A stretch of DNA of 48,744 nt from a virus. Positions 23,100 through 31,409 of this stretch are shown here, piece by piece. The translations under genes were made by a program, and so were the position numbers. Positions within the stretch are counted from its first letter, which is position 1. Each line of letters starts with the position of its first letter. The notes below the pieces were generated by a model that saw only the letters and a program-made list of their open reading frames with translations, had not been told where the DNA came from and did no database searches. The stretch lies in the IMG/VR virus record IMGVR_UViG_3300045988_148990; one strand, given 5' to 3'.

Positions 23100-23395
23100 C
23101 AAGGAGAATTATGATTATCATTGATTGGTTCAAATGGAAGTGGTACACTTGGAGGTACGCTTTCTCCATTGAACGGGATGCCCGTGGAAAGTACATGGTG
23201 GTCTGCACAGACCGATGGAACAACCAAACCTTCAACGCATCGGGAAGGCTCTTATCAAAGGCCAATGCGGAGAATCTCATTGAGGGACTCCGCTCTTTCA
23301 AGACCTTCCGCGATAGCAAGACCGAAGAAGGGAGAGACTTCGACAATCCCGAAGTCAAGGCTTGGCTGAAACGCCAACGCAAAAAGGAGGTCTAA
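23096..23395 (+). CDS. hypothetical protein (99 aa)
   Basis: Track ORF with an ATGA overlap. Confidence 0.55.
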   Translation: MTRRIMIIIDWFKWKWYTWRYAFSIERDARGKYMVVCTDRWNNQTFNASGRLLSKANAENLIEGLRSFKTFRDSKTEEGRDFDNPEVKAWLKRQRKKEV

Positions 23396-23440
23396 TGGCT
23401 GACGATGTGGAGGGTTGGTACAGACATCTGTACGGAGAAC

Positions 23441-23986
23441 CTAAAAGTTCAACTGAACCCCGACCCCAAGATAGTAGCCCAACTTCGGGCTGAAAGGCCC
23501 ACCGAAGGGCTGAACCGCTCCGACACCCGCCTGCACACCGAAATTCAGTCTCTGTTTCTTAACAACGGGAACGGAGACTGAATTTGTTATTATCATGTGC
23601 TTGGGGAAAATGTAGATGGAATCCAACCGAGGAGAAACCCCACTCACCCACGCATGATAGGTGCTATCCTTGTATTCCACCTGCTCTCTTGGCATAGAGA
23701 GGGTGTCGTGGCGGACAAGGGTATTGACCGTTGAATCCCGAAAGAACAGGAGGGTGGGCAAAACAGGGATTTTCACCATCTCTCCCGTCAATTTCGGAAA
23801 ACCCACAGAAACGGGCCTTAAACGCCTCGAAGTGTCCGAAACCCACAAGGTATCCCTCTTTGGCTCGAAGGTGTCTAAAATCGCCTTAAAATGGCCTTTG
23901 ACGAGCAATCCTGAAGCAAGCGCACCAACAAGGAAGGCGGCAAGAACACTTGCCGCCCCCCAAATGAAAGATTTTGATTTACTCAT
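23441..23986 (-). CDS. lysis-cassette membrane protein: N-terminal TM anchor, beta-rich C-terminus ending in F
   Basis: FIWGAASVLAAFLVGALASGLLV ... GYYLGVGVQLNF. Last gene of the late operon. Confidence 0.55.
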   Translation of the reverse strand: MSKSKSFIWGAASVLAAFLVGALASGLLVKGHFKAILDTFEPKRDTLWVSDTSRRLRPVSVGFPKLTGEMVKIPVLPTLLFFRDSTVNTLVRHDTLSMPREQVEYKDSTYHAWVSGVSPRLDSIYIFPKHMIITNSVSVPVVKKQRLNFGVQAGVGAVQPFGGPFSPKLGYYLGVGVQLNF

Positions 23987-24333
23987 TTTTTACCCGTGAG
24001 TTTGCGGATGCCCTTGCCGAACAGGTCAATAATCAACTGCACGAGGGCTCGCACTGCCTCCCAATCATACAGGCCGTTGGATGCCCCGCCCGCTATGAGG
24101 CCGAACACTGCGCCAATGGCGTAGTCCCAACCACCAAAACCGAAGGACAACTGCCCCGTCAGCACGAAAAGGAGAGAAACAACCACGGAAAAAACCCAAG
24201 AAATGAGGTGGTTTACCCACGGAGTCTCAGTCTTGACAATCCGCTTGACGGCCTCCGTCAGAAGGAGGGTAGAGGCGATAACCGTAGGAACGGCTACGAC
24301 CAACTGTTTGAGGAGTTCAATAATTGCGTCCAT
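23983..24333 (-). CDS. holin (three TM segments, basic C-terminus)
   Basis: Three hydrophobic segments and a GKGIRKLTGKK tail. Adjacent to the endolysin. Confidence 0.65.
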   Translation of the reverse strand: MDAIIELLKQLVVAVPTVIASTLLLTEAVKRIVKTETPWVNHLISWVFSVVVSLLFVLTGQLSFGFGGWDYAIGAVFGLIAGGASNGLYDWEAVRALVQLIIDLFGKGIRKLTGKK

Positions 24334-24335
24334 AA

Positions 24336-24701
24336 CTACTTGTTATAATAGTGAAAGATTACGTTCTGAGTGAGAGAGCTATCGTTATCCAAGTGAATGA
24401 AGTTGCTCCCGACCCCGATGCGGCAGATGCCACACTCCAAGGCCGCCTTGATAATCTTATAGCGATTTCCGGAAGTGTTGCAACGGATGTCAACGGCCTT
24501 GCCCCTTGTGTGGGCGGAGTTGCCTGTTCTGCCCTTTGCCAAATCCCACTCCCGAGAGCGGTATGCACAATTCAGCACCAAGGGGATATTTGCTTTCTCC
24601 CTCACCTCGTCCAAGAGGGCAAGAAATGCTCCGTCCATATCTTCGAGCCTGCAAGGCGGTTGACACCTTGCAAACTCCTTTTCATCGAAATACACGCTCA
24701 T
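24336..24701 (-). CDS. endolysin, peptidase M15 (zinc D-Ala-D-Ala carboxypeptidase-like)
   Basis: SAHTRGKAVD (H-x6-D) and NFIHLD zinc-ligand motifs. Confidence 0.8.
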   Translation of the reverse strand: MSVYFDEKEFARCQPPCRLEDMDGAFLALLDEVREKANIPLVLNCAYRSREWDLAKGRTGNSAHTRGKAVDIRCNTSGNRYKIIKAALECGICRIGVGSNFIHLDNDSSLTQNVIFHYYNK

Positions 24702-25039
24702 TCTTTGACCTCCTCTTTTGCCCTGCAGATTTCACACTTGCGTTTTAGCCGTTCATCGTTTGCCTCCTCGACCGCACAATGGATAGATGCGTCTCTGAAC
24801 CTATGCTGACACCGAGATGCCTGCGCAATGACATGAGACTTCTCTGCGCTGTCCTGCCGCTCCCTTGCGTATTCTGCATTTTTCTCTGCATAAAATTTCG
24901 TTTGCTCATCAATCATCTGAACAAACAGGTCATAAGGCGTCTTTCGCGTTTCAGCACGGGTTTTTAAGTACGCCCAAAGGCCCGTGCCGCCAAATACGGT
25001 GCCGACCACCGACAAAATCAAACTCAAAAGATTGTCCAT
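24698..25039 (-). CDS. N-terminally anchored coiled-coil protein (i-spanin-like by topology)
   Basis: LSLILSVVGTVFGGTGLWAYL, then a charged helical region. First gene of the lysis cassette. Confidence 0.45.
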   Translation of the reverse strand: MDNLLSLILSVVGTVFGGTGLWAYLKTRAETRKTPYDLFVQMIDEQTKFYAEKNAEYARERQDSAEKSHVIAQASRCQHRFRDASIHCAVEEANDERLKRKCEICRAKEEVKE

Positions 25040-25041
25040 AA

Positions 25042-27465
25042 CTATGACGGATTATAAAGGATTTCAGAGCGCAACACCGTGGCCGCTGCCGCATCCCATT
25101 TATACAAAATATCAAATATCTGCCCGGCTGCGTTTGCACCGTCAAATCCGATAATAAACGCATTTGCACCGTCACACTGCAAGAACTTCGCGGTACTTGT
25201 TTGCATTGCGGTGGACGCCTTGTTTTTGAGGACGATTTGATTTGCGTTCTTGCCCGCCAAAAGTGCGCAAATCTGCGCCCTTGTAAGGGATGTTCCGCTT
25301 TCGTTAACAAACAAAGGCTCATTGTTTCCGCCCAAGCCGTTGTAGTTGAGGACTATCGGTTGCAACTCATTTATGACGGTTGCAAGGTCTTTCTCTCCAT
25401 TGAGGTCTTCTGTTGCTTTCGTGCCGTCAAACCCTCCAATGCCGGGGATATAATGCTTTCCCTCATTCGTGATGCGGTGGGCGTCCTTTCGGGCACCATT
25501 ATTCGTGCCTATTCCCACGGAATGAATTGCAAAGCTATCTACAACATTGAAAAAACCCTCTGCGTGGGAAGAGTCTGCTGACGCAACGGTAAAATTCCCT
25601 TCCGCATGAGATTTGTCGCCACTTGCAGAGGTATGACGCCCCTCGGCGTGGGAGTAATCCCCCTGAGCGGTAGTATTTGTACCCTCCGCATGAGATGCGT
25701 AACCCAATCCCTCGGCGTTTTCTCCCTCTGCGTGAGACAAAATACCGCTTGCGTTGCTCGGGTCAAGTCCATTAAACACTTCTGCCTTTTCGCCCTCTCC
25801 GGCTCTCATCGTTGGCACGCCAACTTTCAAGTCGCCACCACCAAGGACGCTCTCGCCGTTGATAGTTTTGAGTTGGTCAGTCAAAACGTAACTAAAATCG
25901 TAGTAGGAAATATCAAAAGCATCTCCCTCTTGATTCTGTAATATATACGCCCATAATGCGTTGTCATCCGCCCACGTAACCGCAAATACCAAATATGGCT
26001 GCTGGTCGGAAACTGCGAACATTAGCGGAAAATGATTGTCTCCTTCACGTAGATATATAGGCCGATTATCGCTAATTGCGATACGCGTCTCTTCTGCTCC
26101 CTTGTCTACCCTATATGGGTTTTCTGTCGAGCCGTCCCCCGTGAGAGTTATAACGAATGGCTTCACATAGCCTGCCTTTGAGTGGTCTCCCCAATCAAAA
26201 GCGGTTTGACCATTCGCTGCCTGCGTCCTTATCGTTTCCAATTCGGGGATAATGTCCTGCTTATCGGACTCCAGCTCGGAGATGACCGTGGCCAAGTCCT
26301 TGATATCATCCCCAACATTATCTTCCTTGCCCGTATACCCCCCAATCCCTTGGAAGTAGAACAGCGATGTCGGTTCATTTGACCCGGAATGCCCGCTATA
26401 ATTCCTTGCAACCAACGCGAATGCATTTTTAGGGATTTCGTCTGTGCCTGCCCCAATAATGCGGTTGATTACCGCATAATTGTCTGTGCCTGCACCAAAA
26501 CGTTGGTCAAGGTAGCAACTCCCGCCGATATGACATCCGTCAGTATAGGCAAGTCCCCTTCCTTTGATACCCTTATGGAAGGCTCCTTCGATATGCGCCC
26601 CATCCTTGTTCACATGTACCGTATTATGAGCACCTTCGATATGTATTCCCTGTCTGTTTGCGAGGGAATAATCGCTATCGTAATCGAGGCTTTTGTTGTT
26701 GTAGCCTTCTGCGTGGGATGCCGTTCCGCCACATTGCGATAGCTCTCCCTCCGCGTGACACGCCTCTCCGCCTGCGGTTGTGTTAGAGCCTTCCGCGTGG
26801 CTGGATGCCCCACCCGCGAATGTACCGGTGCCTTCCGCGTGGGACTTTGTTCCTCTCGCTCTTGTGGGGTTGTATGGAGAGTCACTAAAGTTGAAAATCT
26901 CCGAAAATTGCCCCTCCCCGGCCTTTATGGTCGGCAATCCCTCGTGGATGACAAGGTCGCCGGAGCCTAGCAGAGACTCCCCGTTGACGGTCTTGATGTT
27001 CGTCCCGGAGTCGAGGGTGTCCTGCTTTTTGTTGATATTGTCTTGCAGCGTCTCCTCTGCTGCCATTGCCCTTGTCTTCTCTCCCTCTATGGCTGCCGTG
27101 ATGTCCTCCGCAATCTGACTGTCAAACGGCACGCCCAAAGGGTACATGTGCCACTCCGCACCGTAAGTTAGAAGGCTCAATTCCGTGACCTCAAAGCCCC
27201 CGGCATGCTGATATGTTCCGGGTTCGACCGCCAAGTATGCGACCCTTTGGTCGGTGACTTTTGGATTATCCGATGCCCTTAAAATTCCCGCAAGTTGATA
27301 CCCTGCTCCAAGGCTTGATACCATTTCTCGAAGCACGGTGTTAAGTACCGTACCTGTGATTTTTTGGTATCTATTCTCATAGATATATTTATCTATAAGT
27401 TCAATTATGTTTTTATAATCCGCCATAATTTTATCGAAACAATATGTTATTATATTTTTTTTCAC
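25042..27465 (-). CDS. tail fibre with two tandem homologous segments of 14-residue SHAEG repeats
   Basis: 807 aa. (S/C)HAEG at residues 208, 222, 236, 250 and 577, 591, 605, 619, 633. Paired NGES(L/V)LG and DLATVI(S/N)EL blocks. Confidence 0.65.
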   Translation of the reverse strand: MKKNIITYCFDKIMADYKNIIELIDKYIYENRYQKITGTVLNTVLREMVSSLGAGYQLAGILRASDNPKVTDQRVAYLAVEPGTYQHAGGFEVTELSLLTYGAEWHMYPLGVPFDSQIAEDITAAIEGEKTRAMAAEETLQDNINKKQDTLDSGTNIKTVNGESLLGSGDLVIHEGLPTIKAGEGQFSEIFNFSDSPYNPTRARGTKSHAEGTGTFAGGASSHAEGSNTTAGGEACHAEGELSQCGGTASHAEGYNNKSLDYDSDYSLANRQGIHIEGAHNTVHVNKDGAHIEGAFHKGIKGRGLAYTDGCHIGGSCYLDQRFGAGTDNYAVINRIIGAGTDEIPKNAFALVARNYSGHSGSNEPTSLFYFQGIGGYTGKEDNVGDDIKDLATVISELESDKQDIIPELETIRTQAANGQTAFDWGDHSKAGYVKPFVITLTGDGSTENPYRVDKGAEETRIAISDNRPIYLREGDNHFPLMFAVSDQQPYLVFAVTWADDNALWAYILQNQEGDAFDISYYDFSYVLTDQLKTINGESVLGGGDLKVGVPTMRAGEGEKAEVFNGLDPSNASGILSHAEGENAEGLGYASHAEGTNTTAQGDYSHAEGRHTSASGDKSHAEGNFTVASADSSHAEGFFNVVDSFAIHSVGIGTNNGARKDAHRITNEGKHYIPGIGGFDGTKATEDLNGEKDLATVINELQPIVLNYNGLGGNNEPLFVNESGTSLTRAQICALLAGKNANQIVLKNKASTAMQTSTAKFLQCDGANAFIIGFDGANAAGQIFDILYKWDAAAATVLRSEILYNPS

Positions 27466-27549
27466 ATCAAGTTATGATAGTTTTAATATCGTGTAATTGA
27501 CCGTCCCATCATGGTACGAACAAGGTCTTTTAATTGTTCTTTTGTCATA

Positions 27550-28461
27550 TCACCTATCTGTTATATTGTTATATGCTTTGCCAATTTTCTTGACAACGGT
27601 GTCCGTCTCAAAGGAGCAATCTATCTCCGCAACGTGGCCTCCGTCCAACCACTCGACATCCATTTCAAAGTGCTCAACCTTATACGAGCGGCCCAATTGG
27701 TCGGTGATTGTCACCACATCCGACAGACGGATAAGCCTCATGCAGTCGCACAGGTACTCGGGTACAATGGCCTTGAATTTATACACCTTCTCGCTTATCT
27801 GCTTAATCGGAAAGAAACGACCGTCCCTCTCCTCTCCGTCTTCGGTAAAGGAGTATTCGGGCATACCTATTGTGGTGTCAAGAAAAATTTGGTTTCCGTA
27901 AAGTTTGTCATTTATGCTTTGCTCGTAGGGTATTAAAGCTCCATCGCTTAACTCCAAGTTGTTTCCATCATACCATTGAATGCCAACAAATGATTGACGC
28001 AGGTCAGCGTGGGGTTCTGCGAAAAACACGTCAGAGAAAACGGAGTATTCGCTGTCCTCGTTGGTCTTAATGTCAAACCGCACGAAGTAGATGCCCTTTT
28101 CAAGACCGAGGTTGATATTGTCGGGTGCGGTATAGAACACGGTAGAGCAACCCTCGTTTTCTACCACCCCACAACACCCTTGAATGAGAGAGCCAACGGT
28201 GTCCTTGCCAAAGACTTCCTCGTCAGTGCAACAAACTTGAAAAACCGAAACCTTGTTAATTGTGAGGCCCGTACCATCCACGGAGAAGAAAAATGGCACG
28301 AGGTTTTTGCAACTTACCCTATGAGGGTACATTTCTCCGTAAGCATACCACTTGCGGAAATCCTGCTCAGCAAGACTTCCATAGAAAGGGATTGGGCTTA
28401 AATTATTGTTATTCAGTATCATATCTGACAATTTTTGGCGGAGTAACCCTTTCTCTGCCAC
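27550..28461 (-). CDS. tail / baseplate-associated protein (303 aa)
   Basis: Track ORF (GTG start; alternative ATG at 28422). Called by position between the tail hub and the fibre. Confidence 0.4.
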   Translation of the reverse strand: MAEKGLLRQKLSDMILNNNNLSPIPFYGSLAEQDFRKWYAYGEMYPHRVSCKNLVPFFFSVDGTGLTINKVSVFQVCCTDEEVFGKDTVGSLIQGCCGVVENEGCSTVFYTAPDNINLGLEKGIYFVRFDIKTNEDSEYSVFSDVFFAEPHADLRQSFVGIQWYDGNNLELSDGALIPYEQSINDKLYGNQIFLDTTIGMPEYSFTEDGEERDGRFFPIKQISEKVYKFKAIVPEYLCDCMRLIRLSDVVTITDQLGRSYKVEHFEMDVEWLDGGHVAEIDCSFETDTVVKKIGKAYNNITDR

Positions 28462-28505
28462 GAAGATAACAAACTATTTGCTTTTTCACAATTTTTTTGC
28501 ATAAC

Positions 28506-31409
28506 TTATTCAAGGACTTCAATCCCTACGGTTATCTTATCGTCATTTTCAACGAGGCTAATATCCTTGGAATAGCCGATGTAAACCACCTCTCCAGCCT
28601 CGGCTGTGTACTGAACCTGCGAAGTGCCACTGACGAAAACAAGGGACTCTATACTGACCTGTGCACTACTAACAATGGGCTTGTGGGCCACATACCCCTT
28701 GTCGTGGCCATTCTCGGTACTCGCACTGAGGTTTATCCTCGCTCTGTCTTTGCAGGTCACACAGATGTAGCACCAATCATAGGCACTCGTATCGCCGTGG
28801 CCGTTGAGGACGAAATCCGCTCCATTGGAGCGCGCGCTGAAATCGTCAAGCGTCATAACCCCGATGCCCAAATTAACAAACTCGTCAAATTGGAGCGTTC
28901 CTGCCAATCTGGCAGAAAGCACCTTCACGAAGTAGTAGAAGCCAAGCGTAATAAGCCCGTTGGGAGCAACCGTCACAGAGTGAATCGCATCCGCGTTCTG
29001 AGGGGAAGGTGTGACGCTATCCATTCCGTAGTAGGTCACTTGCAGGTAGTTGTGCGGGTCTTTGTTCCGCGCCATGTAAATGTATGTGCCGGAAGGGCCG
29101 CTGCCCTGTACGAACACCTCAATGTCGGAGGCGTAGTCTCTCTCCCCTTCAAGGGTAATCTGAGACTTCGCCATAAGCGTGTCCGCGTTTATCTCCTGCT
29201 CTTTAATACGGCCGATGCCGACATTGGTCTTCACTGCCCCGATGTCCGCTATCTTGGCAATCGGCATAGGGAAGGTAATGGTCTGCTTGCGGTACTGTCT
29301 TACGCCTCGCACATCCAAGTACGCGCCGCCCGCCTTTGCCCGCCAACCACCAAGGTCGTAGTTCAAGTAGTTGGCCTCAGCGAATAAGAACGAACAACAT
29401 CCGTTTTGAATGGCATACTTTGGTTTATCGCTTGCTATGCTGACCGTTGGAATTTCCGTGCCGCCCCGAGCGATGTTGCTCTCTATTAGCACATACAAAT
29501 CGTCAGATACGGTGCTTGGACTTATAACAATAAAATCAATGTCTGCCATAAAGTTCGCCACATTGACCTTCTCCTTGGTATCCCCATCCACGAACTTGTC
29601 CTTAATGTCTATGGCCGCCCCGTTGAATTGCTCGGTGCATACGTCCCCCCACTCAAACTCGTAACGGACAGGGCAACGCTTTCTGTCGTACTCGACCTCG
29701 CTTGTCCCAAAGGCCCAAGACAGGCCGTTAGGCATATCCTTCATGGCCGTCACGTCAATGTCAGCCTTGGGCTTGCCCATGAGGTAAGAGTTGTTGTGTT
29801 TGAAGTAGGAAACGTGCTCAATTCTGAGTCGGTTATCATCGTCAATCCACCAATAACAACCATAGACGTTGCGGAGCATGTCGAAAATCTGTTTGAGGGT
29901 TATGTCCCCTCTCTGGGCGGCCTGCTCGTAGCGGGTTTTCTTGACGTTTGTTATAGGGGTGATATAGAGCCTCGCCCCACGGGAGCGGGGAGAAGGAATA
30001 TAGGCACTCGGCATAGTCCTCAGAGAACTTGTAGTGTAGTCTTCTCTGAAAAACTCGTGGATAGCAAGGGTGGGGTCATAGGTAACTTCGGGGGCGACCT
30101 CAGCGAGGAGCACCTGTATGGCCGAATAGAGCGGGAAGGCATCTTTGAGCGTAAAGTGGTTCGCAAGGTTGTTGTCCATCCCATCATAAAGGTTGTTATT
30201 CCCAACAATCCAAAAGGACATCTGCGACCAAAGCGATGCGCCAATCGGATAAATCGCGCTATCTGCCGATATGTCGGACGGGACAACGTAATACTCTCCG
30301 TTTCCATCGTAATACTCGGTTGGCGTTGTGGTTTTCTCCGTAGAGGTTCGGATGTAGTTGTTCACATTCAGCCAAGCGGCACTTATCACATACCGATAGT
30401 TGCCACCGTTCTCGTAAATATCACTATTGAGCGTTGTTATATCCTTGGTCGTGTAACCGCCGATGGTCTTTTGCTCGTCACAAAGGAGGCGGGCAAAAAT
30501 CGTCCTGTTGTTACTGCTTGTACTTCCACGGCTCATAGAATAAGGGCCATCCCCATCATCGTACCACTCGCTAACGACACCACTGCCAATTATGATGCCT
30601 TGGTTAATGGTGCAAGTATATTGCCCACTCCTGCCAGCATCGTACTTGGCGGAAACCCTACTGCCGTTGTAATAGAGAGCAAAACAAGCATTGCCCACCG
30701 GGTCTGTCGCGGCCCGAATGGTTCTGCTTGAATCTCCCACCTTGTAGTAAGTTGATACGGTTTCAGTCGAAGAACCACGGTAAGTTCCGTTAAAAGCGAT
30801 AATTTCAGCGGAGTTTAGACATTCGTTAGGAATGTTGCTAATGGCAATTTCAACCGATGAATAGGAGTAAACACGGGCGAATGCAAGGGCTTCAAGTTGG
30901 GCCGCAGTTTTACTCTCGGCCTCATTGATAGTGTCGGCCTCAAACGACATGTTGCCAAAGAAGTTTGTAAGACGCTTGTCCCCAAACATGTATAGTTGAA
31001 GTACGGGCCGCTTGACGAGGAGCAAACTCTCAATCTTCGGAGCAAGTTTCACGAGGTTGTACTTGTTATCCAAGCCTGCCATGATTTTCTCGTAGCGGTC
31101 AGTGGTGGAGAGTTTCACCTCGCAGGTCTTATCATCGTAGTTCAGCACACAATCTGGCTTAATGAATTTGCCCTCTCCTATGAGAGTGTCGCCACGGAGC
31201 ACAGAAATGGTGAACTCCACCTCGTCACTACAAGTGTCGATGAGGTCGAAATCCGCCCCCGAGAAGATAATCTTGCCATCTATCTTGGTGCGATAGAAGA
31301 TTTGATTGTCCGCTTGGGATATTTTGAGTTTCACATCATCCCCGAAAACGGGATGCACAGGGAGAACAACCGCCCTCCCTATGCTCAGTTTGATATTTAC
31401 ACTATCCAT
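28506..31409 (-). CDS. large distal tail protein (967 aa; Dit/Tal-region candidate)
   Basis: Lies immediately downstream of the tape measure with an 8-nt overlap. Called on size and position only. Confidence 0.5.
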   Translation of the reverse strand: MDSVNIKLSIGRAVVLPVHPVFGDDVKLKISQADNQIFYRTKIDGKIIFSGADFDLIDTCSDEVEFTISVLRGDTLIGEGKFIKPDCVLNYDDKTCEVKLSTTDRYEKIMAGLDNKYNLVKLAPKIESLLLVKRPVLQLYMFGDKRLTNFFGNMSFEADTINEAESKTAAQLEALAFARVYSYSSVEIAISNIPNECLNSAEIIAFNGTYRGSSTETVSTYYKVGDSSRTIRAATDPVGNACFALYYNGSRVSAKYDAGRSGQYTCTINQGIIIGSGVVSEWYDDGDGPYSMSRGSTSSNNRTIFARLLCDEQKTIGGYTTKDITTLNSDIYENGGNYRYVISAAWLNVNNYIRTSTEKTTTPTEYYDGNGEYYVVPSDISADSAIYPIGASLWSQMSFWIVGNNNLYDGMDNNLANHFTLKDAFPLYSAIQVLLAEVAPEVTYDPTLAIHEFFREDYTTSSLRTMPSAYIPSPRSRGARLYITPITNVKKTRYEQAAQRGDITLKQIFDMLRNVYGCYWWIDDDNRLRIEHVSYFKHNNSYLMGKPKADIDVTAMKDMPNGLSWAFGTSEVEYDRKRCPVRYEFEWGDVCTEQFNGAAIDIKDKFVDGDTKEKVNVANFMADIDFIVISPSTVSDDLYVLIESNIARGGTEIPTVSIASDKPKYAIQNGCCSFLFAEANYLNYDLGGWRAKAGGAYLDVRGVRQYRKQTITFPMPIAKIADIGAVKTNVGIGRIKEQEINADTLMAKSQITLEGERDYASDIEVFVQGSGPSGTYIYMARNKDPHNYLQVTYYGMDSVTPSPQNADAIHSVTVAPNGLITLGFYYFVKVLSARLAGTLQFDEFVNLGIGVMTLDDFSARSNGADFVLNGHGDTSAYDWCYICVTCKDRARINLSASTENGHDKGYVAHKPIVSSAQVSIESLVFVSGTSQVQYTAEAGEVVYIGYSKDISLVENDDKITVGIEVLE

